Sequence record: NC_054921.1
DNA from: Escherichia phage vB_EcoM_IME537
Reading direction: 5' to 3' (one strand)
DNA: 64,000 nt
The position numbers and the translations under genes were made by a program. Under the pieces are notes generated by a model. It was given only the letters and a program-made list of their open reading frames with translations, did no database searches and was not told the origin of the DNA. The stretch's first letter is position 1. Each line of letters starts with the position of its first letter. Positions 10,749 through 22,190 of the stretch are shown piece by piece.

Positions 10749-11098
10749 TTAGAAAGGTCCTGGATGTCTTCTGCGAACTTGTTGAAGGAGTTGTTGATTT
10801 GTTTTTCAACCAATCCTGGCTTATGAGCCACCACATCCGCCTTCTTTGCATCTTTGCGCAGTTTTTCATTTTCACGCTCAATAGCAGCAATTGCCTCACG
10901 ATTTTTATTATTCATCGCATCAATATAATTATACTGAATTCGCAAATTATCTAATGCTAAAGCGTTTTCATTGGCCGTTTTTGTAATTTCAGTAACCGAT
11001 GTTTCTAATCTTTCTACCTTATTTTTTAAAATAATAGATGTTCCGCCAAATGCTATTACAAGTAATAGCAATCCAGCTGTAAAATTACTTACATGCAT
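10745..11098 (-). CDS. i-spanin-like protein (N-terminal TM, coiled coil)
   Basis: 117 aa; hydrophobic N-terminus then charged helical region; adjacent to the lipoprotein. Confidence 0.6.
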   Translation of the reverse strand: MHVSNFTAGLLLLVIAFGGTSIILKNKVERLETSVTEITKTANENALALDNLRIQYNYIDAMNNKNREAIAAIERENEKLRKDAKKADVVAHKPGLVEKQINNSFNKFAEDIQDLSK

Positions 11099-11595
11099 AA
11101 AGTTTTAATAACCTCTACAATATCGTCTTGAGAAAGACCGTTAATTAAAATATGATGTTCAGCCGGAGATTTAGAAATTTTAAAGCATGCCTCAACATCT
11201 TCTGCCATATCTGATGCACTACGATTTGGATTACTAATTCCAAGACGATGTTTTCCCGTCAAAGGATTAACGATGATGTAGCATTTACAGCTATTAATGT
11301 GAACATTAGGTTGAGTCTGATTAATAAACACATCACAATCATATTTCGCAAGCTGATTTTCTAAAAAGACTTTCATCTCCTCAACCGCATCAGGAAGCAT
11401 ATCACGGGCTTGCTCAAGACGACGATTTCGATATTCTTTAATGGTCGTTTTCCGCTTGACTTGCTTAGCTAAATCTTTCTTAAGATCAGTGATATATCCA
11501 ACTCGACGATTTCCTTTGAATACAGAAATCCCATCTGTAGTATCACCGTATGCTTCAACGACCATCTCAGTAGTAATAAGCTGCAAATCCATCAT
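11089..11595 (-). CDS. alc: Alc, inhibitor of host transcription
   Basis: 168 aa; position and size as T4 alc. Confidence 0.8.
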   Translation of the reverse strand: MMDLQLITTEMVVEAYGDTTDGISVFKGNRRVGYITDLKKDLAKQVKRKTTIKEYRNRRLEQARDMLPDAVEEMKVFLENQLAKYDCDVFINQTQPNVHINSCKCYIIVNPLTGKHRLGISNPNRSASDMAEDVEACFKISKSPAEHHILINGLSQDDIVEVIKTLCM

Positions 11596-11609
11596 AAAGT
11601 CCTCATGTT

Positions 11610-11651
11610 ATGTCAGTAAGACTACTATAACACAACACGAGGGACTTGTAA
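11610..11651 (-). promoter_or_regulatory. T4-type promoter upstream of alc
   Basis: minus strand GTTTAC ... TATAGT. Confidence 0.4.
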
Positions 11652-11656
11652 ACAGC

Positions 11657-13244
<1,588 letters not shown>

Positions 13245-13271
13245 AATAAAATGGGCCTTGCGGCCCACTCC

Positions 13272-14441
13272 TTAAAAATATTTTTTAAAACTCATCATAA
13301 CTTTATCATCAACATCATTATCAATCTGTGCTACAAGGTAAGATGACAGTTCTACTTCTTGCGGCGCGGATTGAACATTATCAGAATTAAGGTATTCACG
13401 AATCCAAGGATACGGATGTTTAACCGGAGCATCGGTAATTGGGCATGGAAGACCGCACTGTTTCATACGAGATACAGTTAAGTAATCAATAAAGCTCCAC
13501 ATGCTATTTGTATTTAATCCAGGAACATCGCCATCTTTAAATAAATGAACTGCCCAGTCTTTTTCTTGGCGGTTAACTTCCATGAAAATATCAACTGCTT
13601 CTTGTTCACACTCTTGAGCAATTTTAACCCATTCATCACCATCAGTGCCAAGTTGAAGTTGACGAATAATATATTGGGTGCCTTTAAGATGAAGCTGCTC
13701 ATCACGCGCAATGAACTTCATAATCTTGGCATTACCTTCCATGATTTCCATGTTCTTATGGAAGTTAAAGGTACATGCGAAAGATACGTAAAAACGAATA
13801 GCTTCCAATGCATTGATTACATGCAAGCAGAGGTAAAGAGATTTCATTAATGCTCGTTTAGTACATTCAACAACTTTGCCTAACTCTTCTTTACGAAATC
13901 CTTCTGATAAAATTCCTTCATAATCTTCAACCGCGTTTTGGTATTCACGAGTCTTAACTAGAACATCATCGTAATAGCGACCAATGGACTCGGCACGTTT
14001 CATAATAGCTTTATCTAATACAATCTCATCAAATACCTTTGATGGGTCAGTATAAAGATTTCGCATGATATGAGTATATGAACGACTGTGAATAGTTTCA
14101 CTAAAAGTCCATGTAGCAACCCATGTATCAAGACTTGGATCTGAAATTAATGACATAAGTACTGCAGACGGTGCACGACCCTGAATGCTATCTAGAAGTG
14201 ATTGATACTTCAGGTTATTAGTAAAAATATCTTGCTGATACTGAGGAAGCTTGTTAAATTGTGCAGCATCCATCATTAAGTTTACTTCTTCAGGACGCCA
14301 GAAAAATGATAAAGATTTCTCTGTAAGTTCTTCAAATACTCGATGCCGTTGAATATCATAACGCGCAATACCAAGACCTGAACCAAAAAACATAGGTTCT
14401 TTTAAAACATCAACTGGATTTGTATTAAAAACTGTAGACAT
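13272..14441 (-). CDS. nrdB: ribonucleotide reductase small subunit, uninterrupted (no intron)
   Basis: from MSTVFNTNPVD; continuous ORF. Confidence 0.93.
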   Translation of the reverse strand: MSTVFNTNPVDVLKEPMFFGSGLGIARYDIQRHRVFEELTEKSLSFFWRPEEVNLMMDAAQFNKLPQYQQDIFTNNLKYQSLLDSIQGRAPSAVLMSLISDPSLDTWVATWTFSETIHSRSYTHIMRNLYTDPSKVFDEIVLDKAIMKRAESIGRYYDDVLVKTREYQNAVEDYEGILSEGFRKEELGKVVECTKRALMKSLYLCLHVINALEAIRFYVSFACTFNFHKNMEIMEGNAKIMKFIARDEQLHLKGTQYIIRQLQLGTDGDEWVKIAQECEQEAVDIFMEVNRQEKDWAVHLFKDGDVPGLNTNSMWSFIDYLTVSRMKQCGLPCPITDAPVKHPYPWIREYLNSDNVQSAPQEVELSSYLVAQIDNDVDDKVMMSFKKYF

Positions 14442-15172
14442 TAATTTTTCCTCTTTAAAATTCTGCCGTGTTTCCAACCTGGCGGTATAATATCATCTTT
14501 ACCTATAAGCGTGCATTCACTTCCATTATTAATCCATTTCTTACCGCGGATTCCTTTATAATCTCTTGGTTTTATTTTGTCAAACTTTGCATCAAGTTGA
14601 TATGACCATCTAAATCCATAAGCATATTGAAATTTACCCTCGGCACAATATTTGATATTTGACCCGTTTCCATTAACTGACCGGGACGCTGCCGCAATAG
14701 AGTGAAAGGTTTCTATGAAATCCCCATCTAATGAGAATTTATGTATTTCTACAGATGGGCACGCATATCTATTCACGTTAGATACATGCTGTTTAGTTTC
14801 GTTTTTATGATGCTTGCCTAGCATCCCTTTAGGATGAGGATTATTTTTCCAATATTTCTTAAAGAACTCAGAATTAGCTTTAGCAAATAATTTTCTGTGT
14901 AAGCTGTACAATCTGTTATTAATTCTATTGCCAGCTTTATCTGTTGCCATTAACGTTAACGCAGAGGCAAGACCAAAATGGCCTTCATTTATCTTACATA
15001 GTAATAGATGAGCTATAAAATGTTCTCTGGCTGTTAATTCAACTAAATTTTCCTTATCATCAGAACCTCCCATACATTTAGGGATTATATGATGTGTCTC
15101 TTTATATTCTAGTAAAGATTCCCGAGCCTGAGCTCGGGAAATTAGGTCGTTATAGATTTTTTGATAATTCAT
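14441..15172 (-). CDS. HNH homing endonuclease (Mob family) between nrdA and nrdB
   Basis: 243 aa; N-terminal HNH core HHIIPKCMGGSDDKENLVELTAREHFIAH; same position as T4 mobE. Confidence 0.8.
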   Translation of the reverse strand: MNYQKIYNDLISRAQARESLLEYKETHHIIPKCMGGSDDKENLVELTAREHFIAHLLLCKINEGHFGLASALTLMATDKAGNRINNRLYSLHRKLFAKANSEFFKKYWKNNPHPKGMLGKHHKNETKQHVSNVNRYACPSVEIHKFSLDGDFIETFHSIAAASRSVNGNGSNIKYCAEGKFQYAYGFRWSYQLDAKFDKIKPRDYKGIRGKKWINNGSECTLIGKDDIIPPGWKHGRILKRKN

Positions 15173-16161
15173 TACAATTTACACGCTGCGCAATCATCGG
15201 CTTTTGGAGTTTCTATTTCATAATCATCAGTACCGGAACCATCACGAGTATTATGATAATAGAAGTTTTTAATGCCATAATACCATCCGTATAGCATGTC
15301 ATCAATCATTACAGACATTGGAACTTTTCCTTTTGGAAAAATCTGCGGGTCATAATATGTATTTGCTGAAGCTGATTGACATACCCATTTCAGCATAATA
15401 GCTACTTGCGTAAGATAAGGTTTATTACCTTTTTTAGCTAATTTCCACGTATAATCATACAGGTCTATGTTATGCTCAATATTGGGCACGACTTGATTAA
15501 AGGAGCCCTCTTTTGATTCTTTAACAGAGACTGGTCCACGTGGAGGCTCGATACCGTTTGTACTGTTAGAAACTTGGGAAGATGACTCACATGGCATAAG
15601 TGCTGATAATGTGCTATTACGGATGCCAAAGAGCTTAAGGTCTTCCCGCAGCGACGACCAGTCACAAACGTATTTTGGAGCTGCGATTTGGTCAATCTTT
15701 TTATTGTACCAGTCGATAGGTAATTCGCCTCGAGACCAACGGGTGTCTGAATAATATTCGCAAGGTCCTTTTTCTTTGGCGAGCTTAATGGATGCTTTAA
15801 TGAGTCCATACTGTAATCTCTCAAATAGTTCATGTGTTAAATCGTTAGCATCTTCATAAGAAGCAAAATTACTTGCCAGCCAAGCTGCATAGTTAGTAAC
15901 ACCTACGCCAAGGTTTCGACGCTTTTTAGCTTTTTCTGCTTCAGGAACTGGATATCCTTGGTAATCCAAAAGATTATCAAGAGCACGAACTTGGACTTCT
16001 GCCAATTCATTAATTTTATCTTGGTCTTGCCAATCGAAGTTATCTAACACAAATGCAGATAACGTGCAGAGGCCCACTTCACCTTTGTTTTCAATAACTT
16101 GTATTGTTGTATACTCATCATCTTCGTAAAATTCATCTACAAATTCATAATCAATATTCAT
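15172..16161 (-). CDS. nrdA: ribonucleotide reductase large subunit, C-terminal fragment
   Basis: 329 aa; ENKGEVGLCTLSAF aligns with E. coli NrdA ENGEIALCTLSAF; C-terminal CAACKL tail; ATG overlaps stop of the inserted HNH ORF. Confidence 0.85.
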   Translation of the reverse strand: MNIDYEFVDEFYEDDEYTTIQVIENKGEVGLCTLSAFVLDNFDWQDQDKINELAEVQVRALDNLLDYQGYPVPEAEKAKKRRNLGVGVTNYAAWLASNFASYEDANDLTHELFERLQYGLIKASIKLAKEKGPCEYYSDTRWSRGELPIDWYNKKIDQIAAPKYVCDWSSLREDLKLFGIRNSTLSALMPCESSSQVSNSTNGIEPPRGPVSVKESKEGSFNQVVPNIEHNIDLYDYTWKLAKKGNKPYLTQVAIMLKWVCQSASANTYYDPQIFPKGKVPMSVMIDDMLYGWYYGIKNFYYHNTRDGSGTDDYEIETPKADDCAACKL

Positions 16162-16861
16162 TTAATTCTTCTACCTTTTTTCGAGATATTCCTAGAGCTT
16201 TAGATGCTCGATGTATTGATTGATATTCTATACCGTTTATTTTTACAGCAATTAAGTTATGGGGTTTTAATCCCTTTGGATGAGGTTTACTGACGTATTC
16301 TTGATTATCGTTTTCAGAGATATTATCAAGCTTTCGACACTTAAAGCCTTTATGTTGAGACCTTTTGCCTTTGCATACGGCCGACATTGCCGAAGCATTG
16401 AGTGAATGTAGTTCGCAAAATTCTCTTAGGCCTTTATGGATTTCTTCATGACCGTCCGGGAAAGTAAATACCCAAGTTGTTTGAAGTTTTTCTCTATGCT
16501 CGTCAGTTACCGGAATACCTTTGTTCCAAGCTGGTTTGCCTTTATTATTTTCAGATACAGAAATAGCCAATTTTCTTCTAAGCCACCCATGGCGTTTATT
16601 GGTGTTCTTTCGTTCAATATTATCTTCAGAATAAACACACATCATATTAGCGGCAAATACCAATTTATGATTATCTGGATATATCTTTACTAATAATTGA
16701 TGAGCTATGTAATGCTCTTCGGGTGTCAAATCTACCAGGTTTTCCTTTGTATCAGAACCACCAATACACAGAGGTATAATATGGTGTGATTCGGTATAGC
16801 AATCTAATTTTCTGTTCTTAGCTTTAGAAATAAGGTTATTGTAAATTTTAGAATAATCCAT
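16151..16861 (-). CDS. HNH homing endonuclease inserted inside nrdA
   Basis: 236 aa; HNH core HHIIPLCIGGSDTKENLVDLTPEEHYIAH; own SD AAGAGGAAAA; C-terminal helix-turn-helix-like region. Confidence 0.85.
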   Translation of the reverse strand: MDYSKIYNNLISKAKNRKLDCYTESHHIIPLCIGGSDTKENLVDLTPEEHYIAHQLLVKIYPDNHKLVFAANMMCVYSEDNIERKNTNKRHGWLRRKLAISVSENNKGKPAWNKGIPVTDEHREKLQTTWVFTFPDGHEEIHKGLREFCELHSLNASAMSAVCKGKRSQHKGFKCRKLDNISENDNQEYVSKPHPKGLKPHNLIAVKINGIEYQSIHRASKALGISRKKVEELNEY

Positions 16862-16906
16862 AACTTTTCCTCTTGTTATGGATTATTTATTAACGGTCTG
16901 TGTACT

Positions 16907-18340
16907 TTATTTGCTTTGAATTATACCGCCAGGATTAGCTTCATAAAACTTAGCTACATCCGACTTCTTAATTTTGATTAAACGGGTTTGTTGGCTATTG
17001 ACATCATTAGTTGGAATAGCAATTTCACAACACAAGTTGCTCTGACGAATAGGTGCCTTTTCGCGAATAAACGGAGTATAGTTATTCGTATTATCAATGA
17101 ACTGCACATAAATCCTTGCTGTTCCTGATCGTTCAGTCATGAGCAATTCAAACAGTTCACGGGCTTTAATACGCTTTTTACGAATATTAGGGTCTTTTTC
17201 TGCGGCTTCATATAATTCACGGAAACGGTCTTGGTCTTTAAAATAAGAATAATAAAGCTCGCCACCCATTTCGTGTGGACTGAACAAAGTAATGTAGTCG
17301 TTCTTTCCGAATCGTTCCATCATTAGGTCATTCAGCTGGACACCATAATCCATATGGCGGATACGGTTTTCTTCTACACCTTTGTTATTTTTCAAAACGA
17401 GAAGATTTTCAACTTCCAAATGCCAAATAGGATAATAAGCAGTAGCAGCACCGCCACGAATTCCGCCCTGTGAACATGATTTAACAGCAGTCTGAAAATG
17501 TTTCCAAAAAGGAATAACACCAGTATGGCGTACTTCACCTGTGCCAATCTTAGAACCTTCGGCACGAATCATACCAACGTTAATGCCGATTCCAGCTCGC
17601 TTGGAGATATATTCAACAATTGAAGCAGAAGCTTTGTTGATAGACTTCAGCGAATCACCTGCCTCAATAACAACGCATGAACTAAACTGTCGAGTTGGAG
17701 TACGACATCCAGCCATAATAGGAGTTGGCAATGAAATCTGTCGAGTGGATACTGCTTCATAAAAACGGATAACGTGTTTTAATCTATCAACAGGTTCATC
17801 TTGATGCAATGCCATTCCAATAGTCATAAACGCAAACTGTGGAGTTTCATAAATTTGACCAGTGGTTTTATCTTTAACGAGATATTTTTCTTTTAATTGC
17901 ATCGCCCCGGAATAAGTAAATTCCATATCCCGCTCATGCTTAATTTTTGATTCTAAAAATGTAATTTCTTCTGCTGAATATTTTGACAGCAGTTCAGGGT
18001 CATATTTACCTTCATTTACACAGTAAGAAATATGGTCAATAAATGAACATGGTTCATATTGCCCGTAAACATGCTTACGAAGAGCAAACATTAAACACCG
18101 TGCAGCTACATATTGATAATCAGGCTCTTCAACTGAAATAGAATTCGCAGCAGCCTTAATGACAATAGTCTGAATGTCATCAGTTGTCATTCCATCACGG
18201 AGATATGATTTAATATTTTCATATAATTCATAAGGATCTACAGATGTTCCTTCAGCTGCCCAAGATAAAACTTTAATAATTTTTTGCGGGTCAAAGCTTT
18301 GAGAAACACCACTACTTTTGATAACATTAATTAATTGCAT
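16907..18340 (-). CDS. nrdA: ribonucleotide reductase large subunit, N-terminal fragment
   Basis: 477 aa; NrdA N-terminus through SNLCCEIAIPTNDVNS, then 28 unrelated residues and TAA. Confidence 0.85.
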   Translation of the reverse strand: MQLINVIKSSGVSQSFDPQKIIKVLSWAAEGTSVDPYELYENIKSYLRDGMTTDDIQTIVIKAAANSISVEEPDYQYVAARCLMFALRKHVYGQYEPCSFIDHISYCVNEGKYDPELLSKYSAEEITFLESKIKHERDMEFTYSGAMQLKEKYLVKDKTTGQIYETPQFAFMTIGMALHQDEPVDRLKHVIRFYEAVSTRQISLPTPIMAGCRTPTRQFSSCVVIEAGDSLKSINKASASIVEYISKRAGIGINVGMIRAEGSKIGTGEVRHTGVIPFWKHFQTAVKSCSQGGIRGGAATAYYPIWHLEVENLLVLKNNKGVEENRIRHMDYGVQLNDLMMERFGKNDYITLFSPHEMGGELYYSYFKDQDRFRELYEAAEKDPNIRKKRIKARELFELLMTERSGTARIYVQFIDNTNNYTPFIREKAPIRQSNLCCEIAIPTNDVNSQQTRLIKIKKSDVAKFYEANPGGIIQSK

Positions 18341-18612
18341 AAGTCCTCAACTTGAAAATCGTCTTTAAACAATCGGTTAACTATATGAGCTATTATATCA
18401 CCATGACACGGCTTTGGTTTACATGTGCATCCTAGCCTCATTCCACGTAAAGGCTCTAAATGTGCTTTAGTTATTTCTCCGGATTTAATTCGACGTATAA
18501 AATCTTTTTTGAATAATTCAATGGCAGCCTCCCGGCTGCCAGCATCTTTACCGACGTAATTTCCCCAAAATGTACCACGGTGAATATTAACATCAAAGTC
18601 GGATTTATATTT
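18331..18612 (-). pseudogene. DUF4326-like reading frame (93 codons) with no ATG/GTG/TTG start, following an in-frame TAA
   Basis: minus-frame translation KYKSDFDVNIHRGTFWGNYVGKD...LRGMRLGCTCKPKPCHGDIIAHIV; ends overlapping nrdA start. Confidence 0.5.
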
Positions 18613-18876
18613 TTATTCACTACTTGGCATAGACGGCCCGCGCGGTGATAATTCGTCATATTGTTTTTCCGTTAAAACAGTAATATCATAGTAACAATCA
18701 GAAGAAGTTTTAACCGTAGAAATTTTATTATCAAAATACTCACGAGTCATTTTATGAGTATAATATTTTTTGCCATAAATGATAATAGGCTGATTTGGTC
18801 CTGGAACTTCTAACTCGCTTGGGTTAGGAAGTGTAAAAAGAACTACACCAGAAGTATCTTTAAATCGTAAAATCAT
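18613..18876 (-). CDS. hypothetical protein, 87 aa, in frame with downstream DUF4326-like segment
   Basis: ORF; TAA at 18613..18615 separates it from the DUF4326-like frame. Confidence 0.5.
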   Translation of the reverse strand: MILRFKDTSGVVLFTLPNPSELEVPGPNQPIIIYGKKYYTHKMTREYFDNKISTVKTSSDCYYDITVLTEKQYDELSPRGPSMPSSE

Positions 18877-18899
18877 ATATCCTCACAATTAATAATTAA

Positions 18900-19759
18900 T
18901 TACACCGCCATTTTTCCTTTAATAGGAGGGTGTGATTCGTAACCTTTAAGAACGAAATCTTTAGGCCTGAGTTTAAGAACATATTCCAATTGTTCTTTAG
19001 TAGAAAGATAGCGGAATTTATAAGGCAATCCGCCTATTACCAGTTCACAAAGCTCTTTAGGTTCACGACGTAAAATTTCTTTACACTGTTCTATGTGATT
19101 CATATAGATATGAGTATTACCACCAGAAAATATCAAATCTCCTGGAATAAGATTACACATCTTAGCTACAATATGAACTAATGCAGCATATGATGCAATG
19201 TTGAATGGCAAGCCCAAGAACACGTCAACACTTCTTTGATACCACTGCAAATCCAAATAGCCATTACGCACATTAAACTGATAAAACATATGACAAGGTG
19301 GTAATGCCATATGTTTAAGTTCAGCTGGATTCCATGCTGAAACAATTTGACGCCTATCATTCGGCAGTTTTTTAATACGATCAATAACTTCTACAATTTG
19401 GTCTACACCGCCAAAATCACGCCACTGTTTTCCATAAATTGGACCAAGTTCACCACTATGATATCCTAAATCTTTTGCTTGATTTTCGTAATTTTCATCC
19501 CAGACTGTTTTGCCTTGAATTAATGAATCATGCTGAATTAATCGTAAATCATTTACGTTAGTACTTCCTGACAAAAACCATATTAGCTCAGCAATACAAG
19601 CTTTCCAGGCGAGCTTCTTAGTCGTTACTGCAGGAAAACCTTTAGTTAAATCCCAGCGTAATTTAGTACCGAACAAAGCAATTGTTCCTGTGCCTGTTCG
19701 GTCATCGGTTTCATAACCGTTTTCCAGGATATCTTTAATTAAAAATTGGTATTGTTTCA

Positions 19760-19760
<1 letters not shown>
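18900..19760 (-). CDS. td: thymidylate synthase, uninterrupted (no intron)
   Basis: 286 aa from MKQYQ; continuous ORF including the PPCH active-site region. Confidence 0.95.
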
Positions 19761-20792
<1,032 letters not shown>

Positions 20793-20803
20793 ATTATCTC
20801 CTA

Positions 20804-21136
20804 TTAAAAAGGATCAGGAACATATCCACTAGCTTTAATCATTTTAACTAATGTTACCATTCCTTTGTTAACTGCTTGTGAGATTTCATCAAAAACTTCA
20901 TCATTAAAAAGTTCTAGCACACCCTTCTGAACTTTTAATTTACAGCCAACAATTTCGTCATCGCCTATAGTAAATTCATTACCGCCAATTCCACCGAAAA
21001 ACTTAATTACCCCAGTTAACTGTCTTCCACGAGAATATGGGTCATGTGATAAAGTAATATGAGTCACCCCAGGTACAGTTTTAAATTGGCAGCGAATGTT
21101 TACTTGGGAAATTCCAGTTACATGAACGTCAGACAT
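20804..21136 (-). CDS. hypothetical protein, 110 aa
   Basis: ORF with SD. Confidence 0.55.
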   Translation of the reverse strand: MSDVHVTGISQVNIRCQFKTVPGVTHITLSHDPYSRGRQLTGVIKFFGGIGGNEFTIGDDEIVGCKLKVQKGVLELFNDEVFDEISQAVNKGMVTLVKMIKASGYVPDPF

Positions 21137-21146
21137 AATGTTTTCC

Positions 21147-21389
21147 TCAGACAGACTTTTTCACAATTTTCCAATCAGCTTTAAACTGATCAACGTCAGA
21201 ATGATAAATCCAGAATCCTGCGCTTTCTCCATCCTCATAAAGAGGGCATCCATCGCATTCATCTTCCCATCCCATATCACGCAAAAGACGTTCAGCTTTT
21301 TCAACAAGTTCAGAATCTTTACCGATGATATTAAAATACCATTTACCCCTAACTTCTGAATCTTTAATGCTCTGACGTTGTAATCTCAT
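21147..21389 (-). CDS. hypothetical protein, 80 aa
   Basis: ORF with strong SD TAAGGAGAATAAA. Confidence 0.55.
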   Translation of the reverse strand: MRLQRQSIKDSEVRGKWYFNIIGKDSELVEKAERLLRDMGWEDECDGCPLYEDGESAGFWIYHSDVDQFKADWKIVKKSV

Positions 21390-21399
21390 TTTATTCTCC

Positions 21400-21468
21400 T
21401 TAGCAAGCTTTAATCAAAAGGTATAAGCAAACTAACATAACTGCTGCCATAATATAAGGTGCGAACAT
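21400..21468 (-). CDS. candidate 22-aa hydrophobic peptide (MFAPYIMAAVMLVCLYLLIKAC)
   Basis: SD GGAGAAAAGAAA before ATG; stop lies in the SD of the next gene. Confidence 0.35.
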   Translation of the reverse strand: MFAPYIMAAVMLVCLYLLIKAC

Positions 21469-21494
21469 TTTCTTTTCTCCATTAGTTTTGATAG

Positions 21495-21528
21495 GGTAAT
21501 AGTATCACACTACTACCCTTCTGTAAAC
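21495..21528 (-). promoter_or_regulatory. T4-type early promoter
   Basis: minus strand GTTTAC ... GATACTAT. Confidence 0.4.
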
Positions 21529-21929
21529 TACTTTTTGAAAGTTTTTCGCAAAAGTTCAATGATTTCGTCTACATTGTTTTCGTCAACAATGCAGTGAATT
21601 TTTGTTACGCCAGAAACCTTGTCTTTGACTTCATCTTCTTCAGAAGTTGGTTCTTTATACTCGCGGAAACAATAAAACTCTTCTTCACTAAGTTCAAAAT
21701 AATCATCACCCATACCATCATCATTATAGATTTCGCCATTAGCACAAATGATTTCAGTTACATAATCAAAGCCATCTAAACTTGATATTGATTTAACTTC
21801 AAACCAACCACCATTTTCTTGAATGATGCCGACCATATTAGCATTTGATGAACTAATATCAATGAAAGATTTAATACGATGTGGATTTAACTCATATTTT
21901 TTGCCAATTTCCATTTTGATTTTCCTCAT
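21528..21929 (-). CDS. hypothetical acidic protein, 133 aa
   Basis: ORF. Confidence 0.55.
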   Translation of the reverse strand: MRKIKMEIGKKYELNPHRIKSFIDISSSNANMVGIIQENGGWFEVKSISSLDGFDYVTEIICANGEIYNDDGMGDDYFELSEEEFYCFREYKEPTSEEDEVKDKVSGVTKIHCIVDENNVDEIIELLRKTFKK

Positions 21930-21936
21930 TTTGATA

Positions 21937-21952
21937 GGGGCTTGACAGCCCC
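21937..21952 (-). terminator. GGGGCU-loop-AGCCCC hairpin
   Basis: 6-bp stem between ORFs. Confidence 0.4.
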
Positions 21953-21959
21953 TTGATAA

Positions 21960-22190
21960 TTATTGTTCAATCAGTCCCATGTAAAATTCTGCATCTTCAG
22001 CATCCATACCATCACAGTATTCATTAGCCATAAATCGTTCAAGAACTTCTAAAGGACCTTCAATAACAATAGAAAAATTGCAATAATTGGGATCATCATG
22101 AATACTTGTGATACTAAGTTCAGGATAACGATTACGAATAATTTCTTCAATATATTCAAAATCAACGATGTCAATATCAACTTTAGCCAT
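21960..22190 (-). CDS. hypothetical protein, 76 aa (MAKVDIDIV...), own SD, in frame with gene 32 above
   Basis: SD AAAGAGGAAAA before ATG at 22190. Confidence 0.5.
   Translation of the reverse strand: MAKVDIDIVDFEYIEEIIRNRYPELSITSIHDDPNYCNFSIVIEGPLEVLERFMANEYCDGMDAEDAEFYMGLIEQ

Noticed and set aside
16098-16990. Group I intron (with endonuclease ORF) interrupting nrdA
   Set aside because: Both nrdA fragments have their own stop/start codons and SD. The 3' flank between the HNH stop and resumed NrdA sequence is only about 60 nt, and I saw no P7/R-S core-like elements, so a free-standing insertion is more consistent. Not experimentally excluded.
18471-18659. 62-aa ORF from the track
   Set aside because: It is an alternative frame overlapping the 87-aa ORF and the DUF4326-like frame; the DUF4326 frame has recognisable domain content, this one does not.
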